A stretch of DNA of 50,466 nucleotides, filler included, from Catajapyx aquilonaris (GCA_000934665.2; 3 parts of 3 records of this genome joined end to end with filler, not necessarily neighbours in it), one strand, 5' to 3'. Positions 37,302 to 46,821 are shown, counted from the whole stretch's first letter. A program made the numbers and translations. The notes: generated by a model not told the origin, from the sequence alone.

Positions 37302-37814
37302 CAGCCCCCGGACACTTCCCTCTTATCAGCTCTAATCGCCGTTATTGGCCTGCCGACGCGATTTGCGGGAGTTGGACATTTGATGACGCCAGGATGACGC
37401 TCTATGAGTCGCACGTGTGCCATAACGACATGAGCGCCCCTACCGGACGGCCCTGAACTTGTATGTAGAAGAGAAGCCTCTCTTCTCTTCGATACATACA
37501 AGTTCAGGGCCGTCCGGTAGGGGCGCTCATGTCGTTATGGCACACGTGCGACCACGGTCATATAAGTAAGGTCTGGTCACTCCCACCCGCCCCCTGCCGG
37601 GGCGTTTTGCATCGGGCGCTCTCAGGTGAGCGCCCGATGCAAAATGCCTCGGCAGGTGATAACGCCAGAACGTAGTATAAGTGTCCGTGGGCTGCGTGCG
37701 ACTCATAGAGCGTCATCAAACGTCCAACTCCCGCAAATCGCGTCGGCAGGCCAATAACGGCGATTAGAGCTGATAAGAGTGCGAGTCACCAGACCTTACT
37801 ATTATAAGACCATG
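37302..37814 (+). mobile_element. P-superfamily-like MITE (outer copy) carrying a ~145-bp hairpin
   Basis: Ends cagcccccggacactt...ccagaccttactattataagaccatg; 8-bp TSD gtcc(a/t)gac at 37294-37301 and 37815-37822. Confidence 0.7.
37553..37694 (-). mobile_element. Same-family MITE (inner copy, reversed) carrying a different ~28-bp hairpin
   Basis: Minus strand reads cagcccacggacactt...ccagaccttacttatatgaccgtg; perfect 8-bp TSD cgtgcgac at 37545-37552 and 37695-37702. Confidence 0.75.
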
Positions 37815-38402
37815 GTCCTGACTATAATGCGGGAGAGAGAGAGAGTACTGTACAGCATGACAGTATACTACACTGTAGCCTACTGTACTGTACAAGGACA
37901 ATAAAACCCAACCAGTCAACCGTACGCTGATATCGTTATGATTAAGGTAGTTCTTGCGCTTGGAAACGGAGGGAAGGGGGTGGGGCGTTTAGCCTATGTT
38001 TATACATGGGACGAGCTGGCCAATACCAACTTCTGCGATTGTAAGACATTTCTGCTAGTATTTCTCTGAAACAGAGTTTTGAGTACGTGTTTCGCGTCGG
38101 ATACGTTACGTGAACATTTATTTGGGGGATAATAATTCCCTCGTGCACTTTTGTCCCGGAGAAGAGCAGAAATATGGCTGTTCCAAATACCCGAAAAAGT
38201 GCGGGAAATCTGGCAACGGTGCATACGTTGGTACCCCTTATCAACAAAGTATCGATGTTTCGATGTATCGCTATTTCCCCCCAGCGATATATCGAGTTCT
38301 CGACCCCGATTATTACATCGATATTTAATAAAATTACAGTGATTTGAGCTTATCTGACATCGATATTTTATAAGTAAACCATCGATATATCGATATCAAT
38401 AC

Positions 38403-38684
38403 TATCAGACTCTATCAAAAGCCTGGCCCGGCTAGCACCTGAAATGGGGTTCTAACTACTAGATAGACCCAGAATTTGGGGACAGCAGTATATTTTCTCA
38501 ACCACGTACAAACTGACCGGCTCCCACCGAGCCCGGCCAACAACTCCCTTCCACCCTGCTAGCTGTGGGCTCACCAGCTCCCGGTGGGAGGAACATCAGG
38601 ATGGGGAGGAAACACCTGCGCACGCAGCCAACCGCCGCGGCACCACACACATACATACATGCATGCCCAACCCCCATCCTGATA
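38403..38684 (-). repeat. 3' LTR (282 bp)
   Basis: TATCAG...CTGATA; differs from the 5' LTR by 1 substitution, a 1-nt indel and a 4-nt indel. Confidence 0.95.
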
Positions 38685-38696
38685 ATTCCCCCCGCC
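38685..38696 (-). promoter_or_regulatory. Polypurine tract
   Basis: GGCGGGGGGAAT directly upstream of the 3' LTR on the minus strand. Confidence 0.8.
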
Positions 38697-38828
38697 AATG
38701 CAAGTGCGCAAGCACATATGGACACATACTCAAAAAGGAAACCTGAATTCACATTACACTGCATGACCCTCCCCAAAGTGTCTTTTTTTTCTTCTTTTTC
38801 TTCTTCTTCTGCAACCACCAGCCCTGCG

Positions 38829-39563
38829 TCACGCCTGGTCACGGAGGATGTCCTCCTCCGCCTGGTCGTCCATCTGGTCGTGGTCCTCCCCGTTCCGCTC
38901 ATCCCCGTCCAAGAATCGGCCCGGGGTCGGTGGTGGTTGCTGCATGCCCTCCGCCAATTCCCGCAGCCGGCGCACCTCCATTCTAAGCTGCAGCGCCACG
39001 CTAGCCACCAGGCCGCACAGCATGTCTGGGGTGGTGTCTGGCCCCCCCGTCGGGATGCCCAACAATGCAAGAGATGCATTCAACTCCTCCTGCCGCGCCA
39101 GGCGCCTCTCCTCCTCCATCCTCTTCCGCGCCGCAAACTGTTGTGCCTTCCTCCACTTGAGATAGGCCCCTGGTGCCATATTATGCACCAAGGGCTCCTC
39201 CGGCTCCACCAGGACAAGAAGTGGTCCAGCGTCGACCTCCTCCTCCTCCTCCTCTGCGGGCCGGTAGCTCGTACCCGCCGGCTGGGTGCCTTCTCTGGGG
39301 TGGGAGCACGGGAGATCCTTTCCGATCTCACGGGCCACCGCCATCCGGGAGAAAGGGTATTGCCTCTCAACAAACGTGTGTCCCACCAGGGCGTCCTGGA
39401 CATCCGTCTTCCTCGGCTTCCGGCCCCAAGGACTCAGCCTCCCGGTCTTCTGCTGCTTACTCTTGGAGAAGTCCCGCTCCCGGGAAGAAGAGGCCCCCCT
39501 CTTCCCTCTGCCTCCATTCCTCCCCTTGGCCACAGTGCTATATGTTTGTCCGGTACCAGCCAT
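38829..39563 (-). CDS. Gypsy ORF3, 244 aa, unknown function (not env-like)
   Basis: Intact sense ORF with Kozak context gtcaccATGG; basic N-terminus, acidic run, helical/coiled-coil-like middle, acidic tail; no signal peptide or TM segment. Confidence 0.7.
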   Translation of the reverse strand: MAGTGQTYSTVAKGRNGGRGKRGASSSRERDFSKSKQQKTGRLSPWGRKPRKTDVQDALVGHTFVERQYPFSRMAVAREIGKDLPCSHPREGTQPAGTSYRPAEEEEEEVDAGPLLVLVEPEEPLVHNMAPGAYLKWRKAQQFAARKRMEEERRLARQEELNASLALLGIPTGGPDTTPDMLCGLVASVALQLRMEVRRLRELAEGMQQPPPTPGRFLDGDERNGEDHDQMDDQAEEDILRDQA

Positions 39564-39595
39564 GGTGACACAGTGCTACTCGGAGTCAACTTAGC

Positions 39596-39630
39596 AAGTG
39601 AGGGGAGGATGCTGAGAACCGAGCTATATC
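39596..39630 (-). promoter_or_regulatory. Candidate internal Pol II core promoter for ORF3
   Basis: Minus strand GATATAGC with TCACTT (Inr-like) 29 nt downstream, about 35 nt before the ORF3 ATG. Confidence 0.4.
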
Positions 39631-40329
39631 AACCCACTCCTCCGTGGTGACCAAGCTCGCCCCTCCCCCTTATTTCTTATTCGTCAATAAGCAAATAAAG
39701 AAGAAAAAAGGGGTGACAAGTGGTCCAGAAACGACTTCTGAATCATCGAGTCACCCTCCGAAATGTATCCGGAGGACACCTGCCGTTCTCAACGGCTTCT
39801 TCTCCCCCTTCCTTCCAGAAGTCAAGCAGGTCAACCACCCTTTTTCGACTCCTACATTGCGGGGGTGCGGTTAGGATGTCCACCTGTCACCCTACCCTTC
39901 CTTCTGATAAGGCCTTGCCCTACCCCGAAATATCCCCTTTCCTTTCCATGCGTACGGTTTTGGGGTAATCGCGGGCCAAGGGCCTCGACCCTTGTTCCCA
40001 CAATCATATGCCGCAGGGCTTCACCACCCCCTTCACCCTTCCTCGGCTTATCGACATACTGTAAACAGGAGTATGGTCGGGGCGCACCCGAACCCTCCCC
40101 CTCGTTTCCTGGTAGGCTTCCCCCACCCCAAAAACCAGTTGCCTCTATTTTCGTCCCGAAAATAGAAGCTTGTCGTTCAAGGGCGTCAACCTTTTTTTTT
40201 TCTACAGCCAAAATGCGTGTGAACCCGCATCCCCACCATCCTCCTTTTTTTTCCGGATGGTCTGTTTTTTTTCTTCCACCCGACAGGGAGGAAAAATTTT
40301 GCGAGTAACTCCGCGGTACACACCGCTCC

Positions 40330-43300
40330 TTACTTTGCCGCAACCCCACCCCGCGGGGGTACATATTTCTTTAAGTCCGAAATATGAATTGGTCCGAAAA
40401 CCTTTTTCGTGACCGGGTTATGCAACATGTATGAAACATCATGCACACGCTTAACCACGTCGTATGGACCATCATACTTATGCGCAAGAGCTCGTGTGAA
40501 CCCCTGCGCCGCGTTTGATAGCGCGTGACATTTACGCAGTACCAAATCACCAACATTAAAGATTCCATGTCGGCGTTTGCGATCATAGTATTTTTTCTGT
40601 TTCTTCCGTTCCGCAATAATGCGGGCACGTGCAAATGCCATTGATTTCGCCATACGGAGTTTTAGACCGTCTGCGTAATCATGCACCTGCTCCTCTGAAG
40701 CATTATCTGCTACCTTAAGATATTGCGACTCAAACGGGAGAAGGAACTGTCTCCCTGTTGCTAATTCAGCGGGGGAGTAACCACTCACAAGGGATGGTGA
40801 TGAACGGCATGCGTACATTACCGATCCCAATGTCTTGCACCAATCATGATGCTCATGAGTGTAAGCGATTAACAGCCGTTTAATTTGGCTATTTACCGTC
40901 TCCGTCATGTTTTGCCATGGGCTGTATACGTTCGAAAACGATGCTTTTATTCCCAAGGCCGCGCATGTTGACATAAATATTTTCCCGCGATAATACTTAG
41001 CATTATCACCTGTCAATCTTTGCGCGTAACCATGACGTGTACAGAAGTCTACTAGACACTCAGTAACCTTCCGAGCGCATACTCTCGTTAAAGGGTATGC
41101 CTCAAACCATTTTGACAGCTTACATACGATAACAAGTATGTATTTCTTGCCCCCTTTGCTGCGCACCAGGGGGCCGATGACGTCAGTGGCAATGTCGGCG
41201 AATGCTTGGACAGGTGGCTCGCTTGGTTGCAACAACCCCAGAGGCTTACACCTATCCACCTTTGTCCTCTGGCAAAGGTCGCATCGCTTCGTAAAATTCA
41301 TTACGTCTTTTTTCTGGCCGACCCAAGAAAACAGGTGCCTCATGCGTTTGATCGTACGGTACGATCCCCAGTGTCCAACCTTATTATCGGAGTGATAAGC
41401 ACGCATGACCTTGTCCCTCATTGCCCGAGGAACAATGACCTTGAACGGGTTATAATCCGGCGAATTGCCAGATTTTTCACCCCCGGGGATATACTCAGCA
41501 ATGAGCCCGGAATTATTGATCAGGTACATGTGCTGGTCCGTCTTAAGTCTCGCAATGGCACCTGCGTCCATTTCCACCCCGCGGGCCCCTTGTAGGTGCT
41601 CCCGCAGCGCTTTTAAATCAGCGTCAACTTTTTGACATTCCAGCAATTCCTTGAGATCAATGCCCCCAGTCCCCTCATCACCACCCTTGACAGGTACTGA
41701 CTCATCGACCGCCATAACGGCCGCCACCAGACCGCCTTGAATTTCGGCGCGAGCACCTCCCACTGAGTCACCCCCTCCGGGCAACTTTTCACACGTGGGA
41801 TCCGGTTCCACTCTTTTATCTGGCAATGTGGGATGATCGTACATCCGCGAAATGCAATCCGCAGCTGCATTCGCCTTCCCCGCGACATGTTTAATCTGAT
41901 AATCCAAACCTTGGAGATTAAGACTCCAACGGCCAATCCTTCCGGAACGGCTAATGAGCTTATCGAAATAAACGAGGGGGGCGTGGTCTGTGAATATCAC
42001 GAACTTGGAGTACTCCAAATACTCCCGCCACTTCATAACTGATTCGTATATGGCAAGTGCCTCCTTATCACTAACCGAATAGTTTAACTCCGCCCCCTTC
42101 AGCGCGCGGCTGAAAAAAGCAACCGGCATCAGCTGGCCTGAGTCACCTTTAATCTGGAGGATACCAGATATGGCAAAGCCCGAAGCATCCGTGTGTATAA
42201 TATACTCAGAATCCGGCTTCGGTAATGTGAGTTCCGTGACACTCACAAGCTTTTGTTTCAACGCATTGAAATCTCTGTCGCAATTTCCATCCAATCTGAA
42301 AATTGCATCTTTCTTAAGTAATTTCCTTAAGTGAGTCGTTGAGTCGGCGTATCTGGGGATTAGTTCGCGATAAAACGAAGTTAATCCGCAGAATGACCTC
42401 AACTGCTTGACCGTTTTTGGAACCGGAAAATTCCGGATCGCCTCTGTTTTGCTGGCATCGGGTGCAATCTTCCCCTTGCGCCAAACAAACCCCAATATTG
42501 CCAGCTCCGTCCTACATAACTGCACTTTTGACGGGCTGATTGTGAATCCCGCTTTTCCCAAAGCGTTCAACACCTGTCCTAAATGAAGAATGTGCTCCTC
42601 AAAGGACTGACTATATACATATATGTCATCGCTGAAATGACATACATGCCTCCAATTTTGATCACCGAGAGCGATAGTCACCGCTCTAGATAAGGCCGAC
42701 CCCGCACTGTTGAGGCCAAACGGTACTCTCCGATACCTCCAGACGCCACGATGACTACTGAAAGACAGTAAATCTCTAGAATCCGGGTGGACTGGTATCT
42801 GATGATAGGCCATGCCTATATCCAATGACGTCACAAATGCACTATCGCCTATATGCGCGAAAATGTCACTTGGACGATGCAGTGGATAACAGTCCGGATT
42901 CAAGACCAATTTATTCAATTGCCTCAAATCCAAGCATGACCGGTAACCCCCCGATTTCTTTGGGATTATTACAATCGGGCTGGGCGTCGCATATGGCGTC
43001 GCCGGTTCAATGACCTCCTCCTGAATGAGTCGATCAATGATGTCATCGACTATCACCCTTTTGCGGGGAGGAGTCGGGCGGGGGTGGTACACCCTGGGCC
43101 TTCGCCCCCCCGTGTCCACCTCCAATTCAACCAAATGAGTGCAACCCAATTTGTCGGTCAGCACATGTTTGTACTTGCTCAGTACCGCATGTAAAAGGGT
43201 CTTATCCAATTCCCCCAGGTCAACGGTCTCAACCAGTTTTGCCAGGGGGTCATAAGTGTCAGTCATCATTAACTCGGCACTTTCGAGTGGCCTGCTGAAC

Positions 43301-43743
43301 GGGATTACCCGTTGTGGCTGCAGGCCCACTGTCCACCCCTTTTCTTTCACGTGAACGGACAAATTAGTCGCCGCCATGAAATTCCTGCCCAAAATAACCT
43401 CCTTGGACAAAGAGGGTAGCAACAAGAACTTTTGTTTCCGCTTCCCCCCAGGCCAGGTCACCCACAAGGTCACTGTACCCTGTGTTTGCACCTGCCCTGA
43501 AGCTAAATGCAACTTGCATTTTTCATCTCTCACTACCACATTGCGTGTTTTGCACAATGCGATTACTTGATGGCCTATTAGCGATACAGTGCTCCCTGTG
43601 TCTAATAGCGCATCAAATTCATCTCCGAGGATGCTAATCCTCATCAATGGTTCAGTTGGGCGCCACTCCCCATCGTCATTGTCCGGCGATTCCGGGAGAT
43701 TTGTATAATGGCGGTAAATTAGCCTGCTTTTTTTTCCGGCAAT
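40330..43743 (-). CDS. pol: Gypsy Pol polyprotein (protease, RT, RNase H, integrase)
   Basis: LLDTGS, ILGRNF; SLDIGMAYHQ, VPFGL, FSDD; HTDASG, EALAI, FTDH, NAAAD; H-x6-H...CDLC, ATDVIGP, TGDNA, MTETVN, GPY. The frame is open from the gag stop to 40330. Confidence 0.96.
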   Translation of the reverse strand: MAGKKSRLIYRHYTNLPESPDNDDGEWRPTEPLMRISILGDEFDALLDTGSTVSLIGHQVIALCKTRNVVVRDEKCKLHLASGQVQTQGTVTLWVTWPGGKRKQKFLLLPSLSKEVILGRNFMAATNLSVHVKEKGWTVGLQPQRVIPFSRPLESAELMMTDTYDPLAKLVETVDLGELDKTLLHAVLSKYKHVLTDKLGCTHLVELEVDTGGRRPRVYHPRPTPPRKRVIVDDIIDRLIQEEVIEPATPYATPSPIVIIPKKSGGYRSCLDLRQLNKLVLNPDCYPLHRPSDIFAHIGDSAFVTSLDIGMAYHQIPVHPDSRDLLSFSSHRGVWRYRRVPFGLNSAGSALSRAVTIALGDQNWRHVCHFSDDIYVYSQSFEEHILHLGQVLNALGKAGFTISPSKVQLCRTELAILGFVWRKGKIAPDASKTEAIRNFPVPKTVKQLRSFCGLTSFYRELIPRYADSTTHLRKLLKKDAIFRLDGNCDRDFNALKQKLVSVTELTLPKPDSEYIIHTDASGFAISGILQIKGDSGQLMPVAFFSRALKGAELNYSVSDKEALAIYESVMKWREYLEYSKFVIFTDHAPLVYFDKLISRSGRIGRWSLNLQGLDYQIKHVAGKANAAADCISRMYDHPTLPDKRVEPDPTCEKLPGGGDSVGGARAEIQGGLVAAVMAVDESVPVKGGDEGTGGIDLKELLECQKVDADLKALREHLQGARGVEMDAGAIARLKTDQHMYLINNSGLIAEYIPGGEKSGNSPDYNPFKVIVPRAMRDKVMRAYHSDNKVGHWGSYRTIKRMRHLFSWVGQKKDVMNFTKRCDLCQRTKVDRCKPLGLLQPSEPPVQAFADIATDVIGPLVRSKGGKKYILVIVCKLSKWFEAYPLTRVCARKVTECLVDFCTRHGYAQRLTGDNAKYYRGKIFMSTCAALGIKASFSNVYSPWQNMTETVNSQIKRLLIAYTHEHHDWCKTLGSVMYACRSSPSLVSGYSPAELATGRQFLLPFESQYLKVADNASEEQVHDYADGLKLRMAKSMAFARARIIAERKKQKKYYDRKRRHGIFNVGDLVLRKCHALSNAAQGFTRALAHKYDGPYDVVKRVHDVSYMLHNPVTKKVFGPIHISDLKKYVPPRGGVAAK

Positions 43744-45159
43744 CTACCGCCCGCTGTCGTTTTTTCCACGACCTTTACCGCCACGTGCCGACGGCATTTG
43801 TCCGGCCTGCGGACAATCTGTCTTCAGGTGCTGATCAGAATCACATAACCAACACCTCCTGGGCCCCTGAGCAGCCCCTCCCCGGCCTCGACCACGTGAC
43901 CATTGTTGCGACCCAGCCTGCACCGGCTTCCGGTCGCTTTGACCGCGTCCATTTCCGGGCGCATTTACACCAGGTGCGTACCTGCTGTATCCATGGGGGT
44001 CCAGACTACTGAACTCCAACATCGGGCAACCATACATTTGATCACCCCCTGCATGTGTGTTCATGACTGCACTCGCCATGCTCACCCCCTGGCCACTCCT
44101 CGTACCGGAGTCCGACCATGCCAATTGCGGCGCCACTGACGCACTCGCATCCACTGGAGGCACCCATGATCTATTGATCACCAAATCCTCCATGGCCGCA
44201 GGCGCCGCCTGTGCCAATTCACGGATAGACTGGAACGTCCTTCCGCGAAAATAATTTCGCAGCTCTGGATGCAACCTTCGCATCGTGAACTGCACCCTCT
44301 CCAGCTGATCAGCCTCCGGCTTGACCTGCTCGAAGTACCCATTCATGGCCGTCAAAAAATGAGAAAGTGGCTCAGCGCTCGCCTGAGTCCTCCTCTCCAT
44401 TTCCTGCCGGAGCTTGTGTGTGTATCCCACACATTCAAACTCAGCCCTGAATGCCAACACGAACGTGTCCCAGTCCTCAAACGGACCGTGCAATTCCAGC
44501 CATGCCAAAGCATGACCATCCAATGCACCAGGTAGTACCTCCTGCAGTACCTGCAGCCTAGTACATTTCAGGACACGACAGTATCTGTCGATTTCCTGTA
44601 GAAAAACAAAAGCCGATTTGGCCGTTGTTCCATCAAAAAAAAGTTCAGGTGCAGCGCGCACCGGCAACTTTTTTTCCACCACGGTTGCTACTTGCACCGG
44701 AGTGACACCAGCATTTGCTGCTGGTGCAACCGCCTGACCTGCAGGCAACCCGACACCTTGTGTCGAGCCCTGTCCCGGCGGATCGATAGGTGCCTGCCCA
44801 TCATTTCCGCCCTGCTCTAGCACACCCTGGATAGCACCCCCAGGGCCGCCATTTCTACCTAGACCAGTCACCGTACTCCCCAGTAACTTGGCCTTTAATG
44901 CTGCCAGTAACGCAGCCGGATCTGCATCGGCATTTACACCGAGCAGCACCCGCATTTCTTGGTCCGGATCAGCCGCGACCAATCCGGCACCAACAACACC
45001 GTCCTGGGAATGAACATCATCCCTCTCAGACTGCGTCTCATTACCAGCCAACTGAGCCTCAGTTAACTCCTCACCATCCTTCTGCCCATGTCCACCCGCC
45101 ATTCTGCGAGCAGTTATGGGACGCAACCTACCGTCCCAAATCTCCGGATCTCCGGGCAA
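43744..45159 (-). CDS. gag: Gypsy Gag (471 aa)
   Basis: Retrotransposon capsid-like core (FDG...FL...LDGHALAW...WDTFVLAFRAEF...RTQ..EP) and CCHC knuckle CWLCDSDQHLKTDC. Confidence 0.93.
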   Translation of the reverse strand: MPGDPEIWDGRLRPITARRMAGGHGQKDGEELTEAQLAGNETQSERDDVHSQDGVVGAGLVAADPDQEMRVLLGVNADADPAALLAALKAKLLGSTVTGLGRNGGPGGAIQGVLEQGGNDGQAPIDPPGQGSTQGVGLPAGQAVAPAANAGVTPVQVATVVEKKLPVRAAPELFFDGTTAKSAFVFLQEIDRYCRVLKCTRLQVLQEVLPGALDGHALAWLELHGPFEDWDTFVLAFRAEFECVGYTHKLRQEMERRTQASAEPLSHFLTAMNGYFEQVKPEADQLERVQFTMRRLHPELRNYFRGRTFQSIRELAQAAPAAMEDLVINRSWVPPVDASASVAPQLAWSDSGTRSGQGVSMASAVMNTHAGGDQMYGCPMLEFSSLDPHGYSRYAPGVNAPGNGRGQSDRKPVQAGSQQWSRGRGRGGAAQGPRRCWLCDSDQHLKTDCPQAGQMPSARGGKGRGKNDSGR

Positions 45160-45175
45160 TTATTACCCGGAAAAA

Positions 45176-45191
45176 TCCCACGTAGGCGCCA
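45176..45191 (-). promoter_or_regulatory. Primer binding site, tRNA-Lys(CUU)-like, imperfect
   Basis: TGGCGCCTACGTGGGA, 1 nt after the 5' LTR, compared with the ideal TGGCGCCCAACGTGGGG. Confidence 0.8.
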
Positions 45192-45192
45192 T

Positions 45193-45469
45193 TATCAGAC
45201 TCTATCAAAAGCCTGGCCCGGCTAGCACCTGAAATGGGGTTCTAACTACTAGATAGACCCAGAATTTGGGGACAGCAGTATATTTTCTCAACCACGTACA
45301 AACTGACCGGCTCCCACCGAGCCCGGCCAACAACTCCCTTCCACCCTCTAGCTCTGGGCTCACCAGCTCCCGGTGGGAGGAACATCAGGATGGGGAGGAA
45401 ACACCTGCGCACGCAGCCAACCGCCGCGGCACCACACACATACATACATGCCCAACCCCCATCCTGATA
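45193..45469 (-). repeat. 5' LTR (277 bp)
   Basis: Direct repeat of 38403-38684. Confidence 0.95.
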
Positions 45470-45649
45470 GCACGAACAGAAATTCACAACCTCTACCGCC
45501 TCTACTCGCATGCACTCATCGCACACATGTATCTAAATTATATATTGTGCACACTTTCAGACCAGGTTTTGTGACTGCTCATAATCATCACTCCCCTTTA
45601 TTATAAACATCCATGGAACTCTGCAGAGAGACGATCAAGTACTGATTTG

Positions 45650-46821
45650 ATTATTCTTCCCGACAATGTCTTTTGATATTCTCGACCTATTCCCGGGTTC
45701 AGTGTTGAATATCGCAGCCAATCCTGCTTACAAACTCTCCCTGCGGTGTTGACAGGAGGTTGACCTTCTTTAACCCTTTGACGACTACGGACATCATAAT
45801 TATGATGTCTTGAGATTTGCCCTGACAACTTGGGACATTTTTCAACTCGTAAAATTCCGACCTCACCGATTTTCTTGAAATTCGGTGCATGGGTAGCCCA
45901 CTCCAAGGGATGAACCTATAGTTACCTGCTCGAAATTGACCCACATTGGAGGGGGGCATGTGGCTTATGTCGGGTTTACAGGCCATTCGCCGAATCAATT
46001 AGGAAACAGTACCTGCGGCTTGCTGACCCTTCTTTGAATCGTTGTTTTGCTACTGGGTTTGAAGTTGGAGGAGTGACCAGGGACTCCGGAATTAATTCCT
46101 CAAGCTGAAGCAGAATGCAGATGGGAGCATTGTTGTCATTGTTGCCGAATCGTATGTTGCTAGGTAATGAACAAACACAACGATGAAAATGTGGAAATCG
46201 TGACTAATTGATTCGTCGAATGGCCTGTAAACTCGACTTCAGCCTTGACCTCTGCTCCCCTCAAAAATGGGTCACAGGGTCATTTTGATCAGGTAACGAT
46301 AGGTAATCCGGGCAGTCCGCGGATTATTATTCATTAAAAATATCACTCATCAAATTTCCGGAAAAGGTCCGTCAAAAGGTTAAAAAACTTAAATTAAATT
46401 TTGCTTTACAAACGTCCAGGGAGTTGGCAGTTTGGCACCACTGCACTGATATTAAAACAACGATCGACCGTCGTCCAGTGTTCGGCTTGTTTACGGCTTC
46501 CATTTTTTCCCCCTCCTCTGTTGTGAGGTCATCGTGAATAAGATGTGGGCGGGAGGAAGGTGGAAGGGTAGATGAGGGGTCTTCACGGGAGAGGAGAATG
46601 CGATGCGTCCTCGTTGACGTCCAGCAAGCGACTGTGGCGTTCTCCCACCCATTGCGCATGCTCGGAACGGGGGCCAATCGGAGGCGTCGTGGTCACAATG
46701 CGTGTTGAATGCGTCGCAGCAACAATGGACGGGGGCCAATGGGATGAGGTGGCGGCAACAATACGGGGGCGGACCAATCAGAGGGATTGGTCAAGCAACG
46801 CAAGCATTTTAATATTATAGA
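45650..46821 (-). mobile_element. Helitron-like repeat, copy 2
   Basis: A|TCTATAATATTAAAATG at 46821; homologous to 31234-32003 but with a different middle section. Confidence 0.55.

Larger units (their letters stand above)
38403..45469 (-). mobile_element. Full-length Ty3/Gypsy LTR retrotransposon with an extra 3' ORF
   Basis: Two near-identical LTRs, PBS, PPT, gag, pol in PR-RT-RH-IN order, and ORF3. Confidence 0.96.

Noticed and set aside
37302..37816. Densovirus-like terminal hairpin or viroid-like RNA
   Set aside because: Fully explained by two nested elements with 8-bp TSDs; no NS1/VP remnant or ribozyme core seen.
38565..39650. 361-aa plus-strand ORF
   Set aside because: Antisense shadow of the GC-rich ORF3; starts inside the LTR and has low-information L/P/H composition.
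39852..40364. 170-aa minus-strand ORF after pol
   Set aside because: G-rich low-complexity stretch with no domain features; probably non-coding spacer.
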